Shown piece after piece: positions 1 to 13,071 of a stretch of 64,000 nucleotides of DNA. The DNA is from Hamiltosporidium tvaerminnensis FI-OER-3-3. Taxonomy: Eukaryota > Fungi > Microsporidia. Position 1 is the first letter of the stretch; each line of letters opens with the position of its first letter. The stretch covers positions 1,364,001 through 1,428,000 of the forward strand of contig JAKIMF020000005.1 in NCBI GenBank assembly GCA_022605425.2, given 5' to 3'. Below the pieces are notes generated by a model, which was not told the DNA's origin, ran no database searches, and worked only from the letters and a program-made list of their open reading frames with translations. The position numbers and the translations under genes were made by a program.

Positions 1-469
1 TTATATTCGAAAAGGTAAATCATATATTTCTATTTTACAACATATTAAATAATAGTGCACTAAATTTGGTTTTAATCTCTTCACCGAATTCGCTTCAACT
101 TTTTGTTATAACCCATGGTTTTCGTAGGCTATAACTAAAGGGTTAACGTTATTTATAAGTTTAGTATCAAGGAAATCTCATATACGCAATAGTCTGTAAA
201 GTATTTCCACTGTAACTACCATGAAAATATCACAATGAACTACAAATATTCTCGACTATCAAGTTTAATAATATCTAAGGTTCATAAAAACGCCGAACGA
301 ACTTCTTCCAATTGATAAAATAAACTTGAGTCAGAACCAAATGCAATTATAAATGGAAAGCCCACTACCGTTACCATTCAGGAAGCGGCATGGCGCCATA
401 ACTTATTCTAATTCTTACACTATATATTGGGAACAAAGAATGTAATGAGCAGATGGTTATATTAAAATA

Positions 470-750
470 CCACTGATTTTGAATGATATAGCTGCTGACA
501 AAAATCTGATAAAAAAGAAAAAAAAACAAATAGGATATATAGGCAAGAATAACTCACAAAATATACGATTAATACTGCTCTGCTGGTCGCTAAGCCCAGA
601 TAAACGTGTAGGATTGTGCATAAGGAAAATACTCCTATCGCATAAAACAATATTTTTACAAAACCGAAACAAAATAATATAGATTAGAAAACTCGTTAAG
701 GAAGACCGGGCTCTTTAAGAGCCGTAGTGCCAATTAGTAGTAGTAGTAGT
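470..750 (+). mobile_element. 3' remnant of an RTE-clade non-LTR retrotransposon with terminal stem-loop and (AGT)n tail
   Basis: ORF 479-682 (IKKKKKQIGYIG...LILLCWSLSPDKRVG) resembles the degenerate RTE ORF C-terminus (IK.RRL.W.GH...LL.W.P..KR.RG). It is followed by inverted repeat ggctctt/aagagcc (~708-722), then cgtagtgcc and an (AGT)5 tail at ~736-750, a typical RTE 3' end. Confidence 0.55.
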
Positions 751-1539
751 AAAGAGAAGAAGTGTTAAAGAAGCAGATAATCTTTAGAAAAAAATAATAG
801 CTCTCAAAACAGAATTCAAAGGCAATCAATTGAATTATATCATATTTCAACCAAGATATTTAACTACGGCAAAGGGTAAACAAATCAGAATCGAAATTAA
901 TAAAAACTGTATTAGTTTGCATAAAATTTTTGGTTGGTTTAAATCATTCTATGTCAAAGTTCGATCTATAATTTAAATTAAATTTGATGTTTCATTACAA
1001 ACACCATCATTTTGGGTTTTTTTGTTTGGAATAAGAATTTTTTTAATTTAAAATTTCTATTTAAAATCCGCAACAAATATTACTTATCTCTTTTCACAAT
1101 GCATTTCATATTGTTTTGCTCAATCTCATCCGAGGATTTTTTAAAATGAAAATTCTCGTCGATTTTAAACTAATAGTCTTTTCTATAAGCTGACTAAAAA
1201 AATATTTTATGTAATTTTATTGTAGTTTTTTAAAGTCTAATATTAAATTTAAGCCATAATATTATCGAAAATATATCCCATAATAGCAGAATAAAGGATA
1301 ATTATATCCAATATAACTAACCATGGTCCAATATTCAATTTTTGCTTGTTTATTTGTTCAAATACTCGAAAAAAGTCTAAGAAGCAGTTCCGACATCACT
1401 AAGCTGTATCATACATCTATATCAAAATAAAAATTAGATCAAACATCCTACAGTAAAAAATCTAATTTTAGTATGGATCCTAGCTTTTCCTGAAAAAATT
1501 ATTCCAAAAAATTCATTTAAAAATTTGATTTAACCTTAT

Positions 1540-1795
1540 TGATTCATTCATCCTCGAAACCAAAGGCCCGCACGATGCTTGGTCTCCCTCGGTAATATCG
1601 CCTTTCGGTATTTTTCCGTTGGGTTCGTTTACTTTTTTGTGTTTTGTAACAAGGTGGTTTTAAAGAGTGCGTGTTAGCTCCAGACCCAAACAACACTCTG
1701 GACGACCACTCCTTTTTAGCCGTCTCTTACACAAGCGGAGAATTCCCAAAACCAAATTTTCTTCCGACATGGTGGAGAAATTTATCCCCGATAGT
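1540..1795 (-). mobile_element. Short non-autonomous RTE-derived element (SINE-like internal deletion) with degenerate HDV-like ribozyme at its 5' end
   Basis: GC-elevated island. The minus strand reads ccgcttgtgtaagagacggctaaaaaggag (like the RTE 5' motif gcttgtcgtaagaggcgactaa), then gggtctggagctaacac (like the RTE 5'UTR gggcgtggggctaacaac), then an RTE-like 3' end and a (TGAA)n-like tail at ~1541-1552. Confidence 0.55.
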
Positions 1796-1964
1796 TCAAT
1801 TTATTTTTTAAGATTATTGTTGAAAAAACGTCATATATGAAGGAACTGAAAAAACCCTAGAAAAAATAAGATAAGGCAATAAAATAAACCAAAAAAAATT
1901 AATATTTTATAATTCATTTCTCAAATGAATTTACTTCGTTTGTCTTATATTCAAGATAAAAATT

Positions 1965-3000
1965 TTTAAAAGAGCAGAAGGTGGGTTTCAACAGAGCAAA
2001 CGCCTAGGAAAATAGTAGACCATATAGCAATAGAGGTATAAAAAACCCGGTCATGCTATACTAGACTACACAGAAGGTATATGACGCATACGTTTACTCC
2101 TACCAAACAGATAAAAATTTTAAAGTTCAAAACGAATTAGAAGTTTCACGGTTCAAAAAAATATTGAAAATGAGTATAAAAGATAAAAGTAGACACCCGA
2201 ATAAAAACCGATGTCGAAATTCAGAATAATAAGCCAGATATATTTATTTGGAAGAAGTGTCAGATAAGAAAACCTTTTTCAAATAGGAATTATTTACATA
2301 AATTCGTTTAATTAGATTAAAAAAAGAAGCCTTCGGCGTTTGATTCAAAGTCGATGAATTGGTGTTATTTAATATTGTTTTTTGGAGAATGTTCGCCAAT
2401 TTTTGACCCGAGAGGGTATGGTACCGAAATACCATAAGACGCATCTTAAAAGACGACAAATACCCATGCATAATAAGACATACATCCTTTCGATAGTACT
2501 AAATTTGACAATTGGAAGGCATTCTTTTAATCGCAAAGGGTATTTATGTTATAAACAAATGCGAAAAGAACTGAGATAGAACGCCAAATGTATGAGTTAA
2601 AGAGCCAAGGTGCATAAACAACCAACACCCCATTTATAGCAAGTAAATCAACAGGATTATGGTGTGAAACAAGTAAATAAAAATATATTATCTCTTATTT
2701 TAGAAGAAGTAACCGCAGCATGGAACCGAGAATTAATGTAAATGAAGAGTCTGATTTGAAGGAATCCGGTGAAGCAATAATTTAAAAGAAAGAAAATTTA
2801 TAAACTCTGCTCAAATAAATTAATTACTACATGGCGGACTTTAAACTATAATTTCAAACCTAAAGAGTTTGTTCAAAGGTGTAGATAAACCATAAAACAA
2901 TATTGAATTATATTTCTACGCAAGAACACAACGGAGAATATAGAGAAATTTTTCACCTCATCATACGTTGAGATCTAATTGAAACCAATTACTACCAAGA
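1965..3000 (+). mobile_element. Degenerate non-LTR retrotransposon reverse transcriptase (R4/Dong-like type common in microsporidia)
   Basis: Frameshifted fragments occur in RT order: QKVGF, KNPVMLY.DY...YDA (DxxKAYD-like), KKEAFGV.FKVDELVL, LENVRQFLTREGMVPKYHKT, HKQP (HxQP..ERLY-like). Many stops. Confidence 0.5.
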
Positions 3001-4052
3001 AAAAAATACAAATTATAGTTATTAAATCCAAGTATTATTTTGTAAAGAACATAGGTTTCTTAAATGTAAATACTTCTATCAAGATATCCCTATTCCTACT
3101 GTTTAATAATACAAGTTTTACATGATTTATACCCTATATTAATTTTTTTAAGGGTGTTTTGTACTTTTTAGCAAATAATATAATATCGCGTTTAACCTAA
3201 CTAACATATATCCTATCTAAAATTTTGTTTAAACTCACAAGAAATTTATATAATAAAAAATAAACTATAAAAAAAACAAGATTGAAAAGTAAATAGAAGT
3301 AAAGGAATAATAAATTATGAAAATCAAATCCCTTCTAACATTTGTATTATCAACGTTGATTTTTTATATTAATATAAAAAATCAAAAATATTTGGTAAAT
3401 TATATGAAACTAATATTTAATAAGTATAAAAATCATATGTAGGATCACGGTTGTAATTATTAAAGATATAATTTACAAATCAACACAAAATTTTAGAATT
3501 AAAAAAACTATAAAAAAACGAATACTAAATATTTCTATTTATTCTGAACATTATAAACATAAATTGATGACTTTTAAAATGTGTTTAATTCTCGAAATAC
3601 TACTATTTAATAAGAACATAGATTTACAAACGAAGACATTTCATATTTAGTTTAAATTCTAAAGAAGGAACTAAGTATTGATAAAAATTCTAATATTTTT
3701 TAAATATAATTATTTTAATAAACTTTGAATATTTTATTAAATAAACAATTGACATATATTTTGGTGTGATCAACAATGCCGAACACTCACTATTGGAAAG
3801 TGTAAAATCACAGGCATACTGATATCGAAAAGCAAAAATAATTTAATATTTAAAACAATTTCAGAAATATATTTTTTGAGGTAAAAATAACACTTAAGTA
3901 AACAATTTATTAATTCCTTATACATTGTAAGTTATGTAAATATATTTTTTGCCTTATAAATTAGAATTTATTAAAGAGAATTTCGAAACATTTTATTTTA
4001 GAATCGCAATAATGCAAGAAATTAGAAAAAAATTCAAATAAAAAATCTTTAT

Positions 4053-5759
4053 TTACCTTTTTTTGTAAATATACCAATATACGCCCAAAAGAACACCACC
4101 AATAAAAACGATTGGTATTAAAACAAACAGCAAAAAATCTTTAATACCGAATTCTTTCGACTCATTCTTGTTATCAGAAGTTGGGGCTTTGGTTACCGGA
4201 ATTATAAAAATATTTTTTCTCTCTTCAGGGCTAAGCCTTGAAAATTCTTGTAAAAAAACATAAAAAAAGATATGATCTTCAGCATAAAAAAGACTGTTCT
4301 TGAATTTTTGTTTGTTTTCGTTGCAATATTTTACAAATTGTCTGATATAATTGCATTCCAAAATATATTTAGCAAATAAATTTACAAAAATAAAAGTTTT
4401 CAATATGCTGGATGTTCGAGGTAATAAACAATGATTTAAATTATTTAAGGCCAGGTTTTTATCGTATTCTATGTGCTGTTCATCAAGATACTCTTTTATG
4501 AATCCTATAAATTTGGCTTTATGTGTATTTATAGCAGAAGCATTTTTATTTTCATTTTCAAATTCTATCTTCAAAACATCTGCAAGAAATAAAATTTCAA
4601 CAATGCTACGGAGCTTTTTTTGTTTGCATGTAACTATTTTTTTAAAACAAAACGCCTTCAAACAAAGTACTACTGATATATATTCATGGTATTCTGTTTT
4701 AGAGATGTTTTTCAAAAAAACGTATAAAGCATTTATATAGTTGATCTCGTCTCTTTCTACAATATATTTAATTACTTCTAAAGATCTGTTCGAATCATCC
4801 GGTTCAATATTAGAAAAAACTCCCTTGTCACTGAATTCGTATATTTCTTTAAAACCGTCTTTCATTTTCAAAATTTTTCTGAAAATCGGCTCAGAAACAT
4901 ATTCCGTGATTTTTTTATAAGATTCAAAATTCATTTTCTCAAAAGATTTATCTATATACGAGGTAGCTTCTGGTGTAAATTCTGAAATTTCGGTAGCATT
5001 AATTATCTCTTTTTTGGTTAAAGATTCCAGTGTAAAGTATTCATTTTTTTTGCCCAAAAGAAACATACACTTTAGACTTAAGAAAAAACCGAAATGATAT
5101 TCATGCGTTGCACAAATTAGATTTTCGCCAAACAAATGAGACTTAGTTTCGTAAGAATTTTTTTTCAACACAATATTCATCAGCACAGCTATATCTATTT
5201 TATTATCTCGGTTTGAGCTATTTTCGATATTCGTACATATTTCAGGGTATTTTTTTTTTAATGAATTATAATCCTGTTTCCACCACTCATCGTAATTACA
5301 ATTCTTTCCTTGTAATCTATATGTTGTGAGTTTTAAAAGAATATCTTTAATATTTGATTTCATGTTTTTATCTTCTTTGCAAAATTCAAAAAATTTCTTA
5401 AAAGTAATCAGATTAAACAAAAGTTCTGGTCTATATCTTTTTATATCAACTTGAGTATCACGATATACAAAGTAACAAATCCAAGTTGTAAAATAAGCTA
5501 AGAATGTATCTGATTCATTGTTTGTAAATTCTTGTATTTTTTTATAATAAAAGCTTGTGATTTTAATCATTTCTTCTTTCCTTTCGTCTTCAATATCGAA
5601 TTCTAACTTATCAAAACATTTTTTCACTTGATCATCGGCTCCGATTTCATAAGATATTTCAAAATAATTGACATCTATAGCTAGTGAATCTCTTGAAATA
5701 GCTGTATATTTAAATTCAGATGCACATATTATTTTACAAATAAAAATAAAAAAATTCAT
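4053..5759 (-). CDS. 568-aa hypothetical type I membrane/surface protein (signal peptide, large helical ectodomain, C-terminal TM)
   Basis: Intact 1.7-kb ORF. Hydrophobic N-terminus MNFFIFICKIICAS; C-terminal TM FLLFVLIPIVFIGGVLLGVYWYIY followed by KKR-stop. CCCC immediately precedes the ATG and AATAAA overlaps the TAA stop. Confidence 0.92.
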   Translation of the reverse strand: MNFFIFICKIICASEFKYTAISRDSLAIDVNYFEISYEIGADDQVKKCFDKLEFDIEDERKEEMIKITSFYYKKIQEFTNNESDTFLAYFTTWICYFVYRDTQVDIKRYRPELLFNLITFKKFFEFCKEDKNMKSNIKDILLKLTTYRLQGKNCNYDEWWKQDYNSLKKKYPEICTNIENSSNRDNKIDIAVLMNIVLKKNSYETKSHLFGENLICATHEYHFGFFLSLKCMFLLGKKNEYFTLESLTKKEIINATEISEFTPEATSYIDKSFEKMNFESYKKITEYVSEPIFRKILKMKDGFKEIYEFSDKGVFSNIEPDDSNRSLEVIKYIVERDEINYINALYVFLKNISKTEYHEYISVVLCLKAFCFKKIVTCKQKKLRSIVEILFLADVLKIEFENENKNASAINTHKAKFIGFIKEYLDEQHIEYDKNLALNNLNHCLLPRTSSILKTFIFVNLFAKYILECNYIRQFVKYCNENKQKFKNSLFYAEDHIFFYVFLQEFSRLSPEERKNIFIIPVTKAPTSDNKNESKEFGIKDFLLFVLIPIVFIGGVLLGVYWYIYKKR

Positions 5760-5785
5760 GGGGATATAATATTTTCAACTTATAT
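5760..5785 (-). promoter_or_regulatory. Microsporidian-type CCC initiation motif with upstream AT-rich/TATA-like tract
   Basis: The minus strand reads ...tatataagttgaaaatattatatccccATG. CC/CCC also precedes ATGs at 13072 (tatccATG), 32675 (ccc at 32662-32664) and 45361 (tacccttATG). Confidence 0.6.
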
Positions 5786-7159
5786 ATTTGATAATTTGTC
5801 TAAAAATAGAAAACTTTTTTCAAATAATTAACTAAAAATAGAATAACATTTTTTTTTTCAAAAAATTTTCGTCTTTTTATTGGTCTTTTATAAAATTTTA
5901 TCAAATAAAGTTTTTTTGGTAAATTCGCAATCTGATTTATCATCTCATTTGATCAATAAAAATATTATAACAAATTATCATAGTTTTATTTGTTCAAACA
6001 AACAATATTAAACATACAAATATCTTTTCATCGTAAAATTTTTAGAAATTATTAAATCAGAAAAATATAAAATAGAAAGTTTTTTTTGGTAGTTTTATAA
6101 ACGAAGGATAGATTTTTCCTGGTTTAGTTAAAACTTTCAAATCTTTGATTTTATACAAATATTTGTAATTTTAAAAAATGAAACTTGCAGCTGCTTTATT
6201 TAAAAAATTATTTCTTGTGAACTCAAAAATTATACGAACAACTATAAAAATAAATTAGAAAAAAAAATTTACGATTGTATCATCGGATTCAAAATCTCTT
6301 GATTTAGCTTATATAATTGCAATATCATGATTTATTTAGAGATGATAATTAAATTATTGAATCAAATGATTAATCATTTTATAATTTAACAAAAATATAA
6401 TTTTTTTATTTAAAAGGGGTTAATCAATATTTTATTTGGTTAATTTTTACTTTTTTTTTATTGGATCTTAAATGCAGAAGAATATTTTCTCAAGAATTTG
6501 ATAAATATTATGTATATATAAATAAAGATTGAAATTATTCAATATTTTTTTTCTTGCATTATGGCTTATTATAAGACGTAAACGATTTGATTCTGTTAAA
6601 AAAATATATCACGAAAATACACATTTTTTTTAATAAAAAAAATTTTGTTTTGTAATAAATTATTTTACCATAAAATAACAAAATATGAAACATTTTTTTA
6701 ATAATTTCTTGTTATATTTGGTATTAAAATAATTTTAAAATATAAAACTAAAACGATATTTTTATTTTTGTTTGATTTGGTCCAAAATGTGAGTATTAAG
6801 CTACAATAGCAACAAACAAGTCTCAATCGTATATAATATGCGTTATATATCTAGAGATTGAATTATTTTGCATATTTACGTAAGAAGTATTAGAATGCAA
6901 TTAAAAAATCAAAAAGAACATAAATATTCGAAAGTTAACCAACATATTTATGATAAGTTTTTTAAAAATAAGTTAATTTAATCTAAAAATATAAAATTCT
7001 ATTATTTTCTCATTTATATATTGGTCGAATATTCTTCCTGTATATTCAATGTTTTTACGCTATTTTTTTAATATTTTTCACAAGAAACTTTCCATAGTAT
7101 AACATATATTGTAGAGTAAATAATACTTTCTATTTTAATGTAATCAGAATTTTTTTTGA

Positions 7160-7560
7160 CTTCTTCAGAATCTTTTGACGCAGATTTCGTTTATATTAAA
7201 CAAAGGGTTATGAAATTTATTAGTTTGATTGTATGTAACAGTTTCATGTGTCATACTGCAGAATGTCAAAAAAACACTTGATTTTTAATTCAGAAGTTTT
7301 CTTGCAATAAAATATTTCATATAATATCTAGCTATATCCGTTTTGCTTGTTCCTTAGTTAGGAAAGAGATTAATAATAGTTGATGGATTTGATATTATTT
7401 GCTGGAGTTTCAGAAAGTGCTCTTTTCGTAAAGCAATTGTCGATTCAACTGTTTTATTTTTTAAAAATTATAAAACAGAACATTATGCTCCAGTTCGAAT
7501 AAACTTTTAAATTTCACTATTCAATAGATCTGTACAACAATTTTTTTGGTGCTTAAAAAT
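7160..7560 (-). pseudogene. Eroded ORF of unknown product
   Basis: One minus frame gives ~125 codons of protein-like sequence with scattered stops (KNCCTDLLNSEI*KFIRTGA*...VESTIALRKEHFLKLQQIISNPSTIINLFPN*GTSKTDIARYYMKYFIARKLL). Confidence 0.3.
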
Positions 7561-7669
7561 GCGTTATATACTACATATTTAAACATATTTGATTAATTCT
7601 TAAGTAATTTCTAGGCTTAAATATTTCAGTTTTATACATTAAAACAAGCCTTCTTATTTAATTTCTATC

Positions 7670-8200
7670 TGAGAAAATATTAAAAAAATATTTGATCAAT
7701 GCAGACGAAAATTTGAATTTAGAGGGCCATAAATCTAAAAAATGGATAATCTAAAAAGAATATACTTATCACACAGATACAGAAATTCCAAAATCTCGAA
7801 TTTGAAAAAAATAAGAAATATTAAAATTTACTAAGAATATAAACAAAGTAAAATTCAAAGACGAATCAATTAAAAATGAATGGAAATCTAGATCAAGGAA
7901 ATGATAGTTAATACCAGCCTAACTCGAATCTTTTTAGTTCTGTACATTCTCTTGAAAATTTTCTTAAATGAAAGTTCGAATAATAACAATTGAATTTCTA
8001 GTGATTCATTAGAATAGGAAGAATGCTAAGGCTTCTGGTTAAAAATAAAGGAGAACAAAAACATTCCATTATTTATAAAAATATGAATTAAGTAAAAATC
8101 GACATCGATGAGAAACGAATCCTATTATTTTAAAGAAAAATTTTTGTTGGAAACCAAACAAGCTTATAAATTACTTTCTTTTATACCTCGCGGTATTTAA
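7670..8200 (+). mobile_element. Possible C-terminal remnant of an R4/Dong-like LINE ORF
   Basis: Fragments IKKIFDQC...MDNLKRIYLSH, IKNEWKSR and DIDEKRILLF*RKIFVG loosely follow the post-RT motifs (ERLYL; W.K; E.R...LQDRN.F) of microsporidian LINEs. Confidence 0.28.
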
Positions 8201-11200
8201 GGAAACTAAATAAAATTTAAAGACTTTATAAACTTTTCAATATTTTGAAAAATAGTTATAAATTTAGATTTTGTAAATAAAATATATAAAGTCGAATTAT
8301 AATAGATTATTACTGCTTTGTATTAGATTCTCTGTGATTTTTGTATTATTTACTAGAGACACAGATAAAAACATTTTATTTAGGTATTATAAATTTTTAA
8401 AGATAGATTTTATTACAATGCGTATATTTCATTTCCTCTAGGAAAAATTATTAACATATACGCTTATTTCTTAAAATATATTTTTTTTGATTTTATATGG
8501 CACAAATAATACACTACATTTTTCTTATATTTCCTATTATTTTTGCTTTCTAGAGGTTACTCTTCTTTTCTATGATAGATAATCCGAAATATCCGTTGAA
8601 TTCTAAAAATCTTAATCTTACTTTTTGCAAAATAAAAATTATATGAGTGTCAAAACTGTACATTAAAGTTTTCAAACTATGTAAATGATTCCTTTTAATA
8701 TTACTAGACGCTTCAGAGACTTATATAATTTTTTTGGAACAATTAGAAAAATATTAAAAATTACTAAATCTTGAAAAAATAGAAATTTAAAAATATGATT
8801 TCGTTATAGGATTAAATTTTTTGTTTTAGCTTTTTACTGACAAAAAAAAATTTAATTCAATGAACAACCCATTCTTTTAATATATTTCGAAATCAACAAA
8901 AATAAAGATAAAATTTTAAACCATTCGGTTTTTTTTCTATTATGTAATTCAAAGTTGTGGTAGATTATTTAAGTATATCTAGCACATACTTCATAAAAAG
9001 ATTTCGAAATATCTTTTTGAGAAATTAATATTAATTATTATAGGGAGTTAGATTTTATATTTTTTCACTAACTGTAAGCTTCAACCGAAAATGTGGCTAC
9101 TAAAAAAAATGTAAAAAGCAAAATCCGGAATAATCTGAGAACCCGATCATTCCAACAAAAAGAGTGTACACAGATACCCAAATATTACAAAAGCCATTAT
9201 AATCCCTGCTTTAATATACAACCTTTAATAAAAGCATAAAATATAAGAGGTCTAGAGTTACACTGATTTATGAGGAATAATTTCTATTTTATATATATTC
9301 ACACTAGTATCAGCTAAACGAATTGTTTTTACACACCAGACTCTCAAAATGTAGTCATGTAAATCAAAACTGAAGTTTTACCGTATTATTATAATATTTT
9401 GTATCATATATACATAGATATTACCAGAATTATTAATATTTTATCCATAGATAATGAATTAGATTGTTTAACCATACTATCTCTCTAAGAAAATATTAGT
9501 TGATTAACATTATAAATTCTACACAATATTTAATAGTAAAATAACAAATTAGCAGTTTTAGGCAACAATTTATAGGATAAAAGGACTATTATTGACTTAA
9601 AAATCCACCTTTTTAGTTATCATATAGGCTTTAAAGTTAAAAAACATCTTTTCACTTGTAAGAAATCTAGAAATTAAAAAATTAAAAAATTAAAAAATAT
9701 TTCTTGTAAATTTGTGCTTTAAGCAGTATTTTAGTTAAATTAGAAATCAACATATAAAGAAATATTATCTTTCTGAAAATTTGGTTATACTTTTGAATCG
9801 AGCTTTTTTCTTAAAGTTTCAAATTCAAATCAGCAAAAAAACGAAAATACTTTCTCAATAGATAAATTTAGATTAAAGAAATTAAAACATCAATAAATTT
9901 AAAAAGATTTCCTACGTAAACTCCAAGGATAAACTTAAAAAATCGAATGAAAATAGATTTTTTACAAGACTTTAGTAACAATATATTGGCTATGAAATTA
10001 TTCTGAATACTTATAGTATAATGATATTATTACCATTTTTTTTTGATGATTGCCATTTAATAGAAGATAAATAGACAATTCCAAAATACATTTAAATTAG
10101 ACAATCAAAATAGAAATAAAGAATGAAAGAAAATATTCTCAAATTTTATTTCACATTAAAAAGAAATAAAAAAAGATTAATATATTGTTAAATTCTTTTA
10201 TAGTTATAAGAAAATATGTAGTTAATTTAAGATTTTCTATTATTCGGATATACCCTAAAAATATCAATTATGTATAATATTTAACCGAATTTACTTCCTT
10301 CGAATGTTTAACAATTTATAAAATCCAAGTGATCAATATTTTCTCAAAAAAATAGTCCAAACAGTTCAATGTTTTAATTTATAGAAAATTTAGTTAGGAA
10401 ATAACTTTTTGAAAATTTTAAAATATAATTATACACAGCTTTAATTCACTTAGACTATATTTTTTTAGAACCTATGATTGCTTTAGAAGTTTCAAAAAAA
10501 ATCAGAAATGAATTGAAATTATATTACGCGAATAAATAACTCAAATTAATGTTTTAAAAAAATTAATACTTAAACAATAACTTGTCAAAAATGTTGTATT
10601 AAGCATAAGTATAAGAGGTTTAAAAAGAAGAATTTTTATGTATATCCCATATGCATTCTAGTTTATACAACTTAGCACAATATATTTATTTTTTTATTTG
10701 TCGCTGGTAAAATAAATGAACTAAAAACTTTGTATAAAACCTCGAAACGGTATGTAATCATAGCCTATTCGGATCAAAAATAAATTTTTAGCCGTCTAAA
10801 AATCGGGTAAGGTTAATTAATTGTATAAAAAAAAATTTTAGAGTAAAAGAACCTAAAGAAATAAAATGTAAAGATTCGAGCGCTGTATTCTTTGTATAGT
10901 TAGTTCTTCTTATGATGATAAGCTATGGTTATATCTCTAATGTAAACCGCTTGATATAACAAAACAAATACTATTTGTGTTAAAAAGAAGTTATTTAATT
11001 TTCTATTATATTAAGATATAGTTGCTCTATACATTTTTTTGAATTAACTGAATATACTTTAAATAGTCAAGATATTTTTAATATGATTTTAACATAATAT
11101 TTCTATACCCGGTGTGAAGTTTGAATTTTTTAGTGTTTGGTGACTTTCTTTCTGAACAAGAATAAAAGGTACAAGTAAAAGAGGATTTTTCCTAAATAAA

Positions 11201-13071
11201 TAAATTCGAATAATAAAATACATATAAATTTTTCATGGTTTCTCTTGCACCAATATAAAGCATAAAAAAATGAATAAGGTTTTTTTATCCTAAAAAGAGA
11301 ATCGATTCCACAACTAATTTGGAAAATTAGGAAATATTTTTACATTAAAATTTATATGCAATAAATTATGTTTATAAACCGATAGCACATCATTACGATC
11401 AGATTTATATAAATTGAGTAAGAATTCTAGAACACAGTATTTTTTTTATCCTTACTAATTATATGTTTTGCAGATAAAAGGTTATTGATTGCGAGTTTGA
11501 TATAATAATACAGTCAAAAAATATTAACCCTATCTGTAATAATGAATAGTAGTAGATATTTATAGAAACTATTTATAAACTTGCTCAATTAATTGCCAAT
11601 ACTAATATATATTATATAATAGAAGATTTAGTTATCAGAAAATACGTAAATAGACACGAAATTTATGATAATTTAGGTGATAAAATCTTAAAATATAAAC
11701 CAAATAAACGCATCAATTACTGAAAACCAATAAAAACAATTAAAGCCTTTTCTTGAAAAAGTACATTTAACTAAATTCCAATATATAAATTAAAATTTAA
11801 AAAAATTACTGAAACAAAAGTTTCTTAAAGAAAAAAATCTCTAGTAGAGATATAAATTCAAAATTATTTTAACTATAAAAATGAATTGCTTAAAAATAGA
11901 AGAAAATATTTCTTAAAAACTGATTAAACTTGTTGATATACATATAAATTACAAAAATTCAAATAATTCTCAAAATAGAACGTATACTACTATCTATATG
12001 TTAACCTATTAAATAAATACAATATTAAAAATTATATATTGAAAAATTTCTTAGTGAAAATCATCGAACTGTATTCAAAATTACAACCGTTTTTCAATCG
12101 ATTATGACTTATTTATAAACAATCAATTTGGTTATCAACGTATATATTTCATTATTTAAATAAGAAAAAAGATGCAGAGTTTTATTATACGGTGTTGGTT
12201 TTGTATCTAATAATTTGATGTGATTTATTTTTTCAAAACATATTGAGCAGCGAAGAACTATAATGAAAATATGAAAAAATGTAAAAACTTACATTCTGAG
12301 AACATTTGAACTTAAATTTTCATTAAAATATGTATGTTAATTTAAGGAAAAGGCGTAAATTTTGCCATATTGTTCTTTTTTATAATGATTTTCTAATTAT
12401 AATTCATCAAAAAGTGTTGATGCCGATGGCCCAGTGGTCATGAAAATCCGAGTTTACTTTCAAAGAGAAAGTATAATGTATTAGGTGTAACCCAAAAAAA
12501 CATGATGGCAAAATTGAACAAATATGAAACCGAAAAAAAGAGATTTATACGGTACTTGCTAGCTTTGAAAATTCGAAATCAAATGAGTGGAAATATTTTA
12601 AATTTTATGATTTTTGAATTTTCTAGAACATTTTTTTGGTCAGCTAAACAAAAATTTAAGAGTTATAAAAAATTATCACTAAAACTAAAATGTATCTTGA
12701 TATTATAATAAATGGTTGTATATTTTTATTAAATTCAAATATAATCGTTCTAATTTAATAATACAAAGAATCGGAAATTAATATTCTTAGATGATAAAAA
12801 GTACAAACCGTGAATAACCAGAAATAGAAAACTTTCATCTTGTAAAGTAATTTTTTAAGACCGTGATTTTTGAAACTGTATGTCTTAAAGTTTCGGGTTG
12901 CTTGAATCAAATTTCTTTTAGTTAAAAATATTCTACCAGAAAATGCAAATTTCTAAAATTTTTATGGTTCGTGTATTACATGATCCAGAATCTAAAAAAA
13001 TGAAAATTTTTAGATTCTAAAAGAATCGATAGAACAATAAAAAAATTATATACGTACAAAAAAAATTATCC

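Noticed and set aside
12420-12500. tRNA or tRNA-SINE, suggested by an A-box-like TGGCCCAGTGG
   Set aside because: No B box (GTTCRA) and no cloverleaf downstream.
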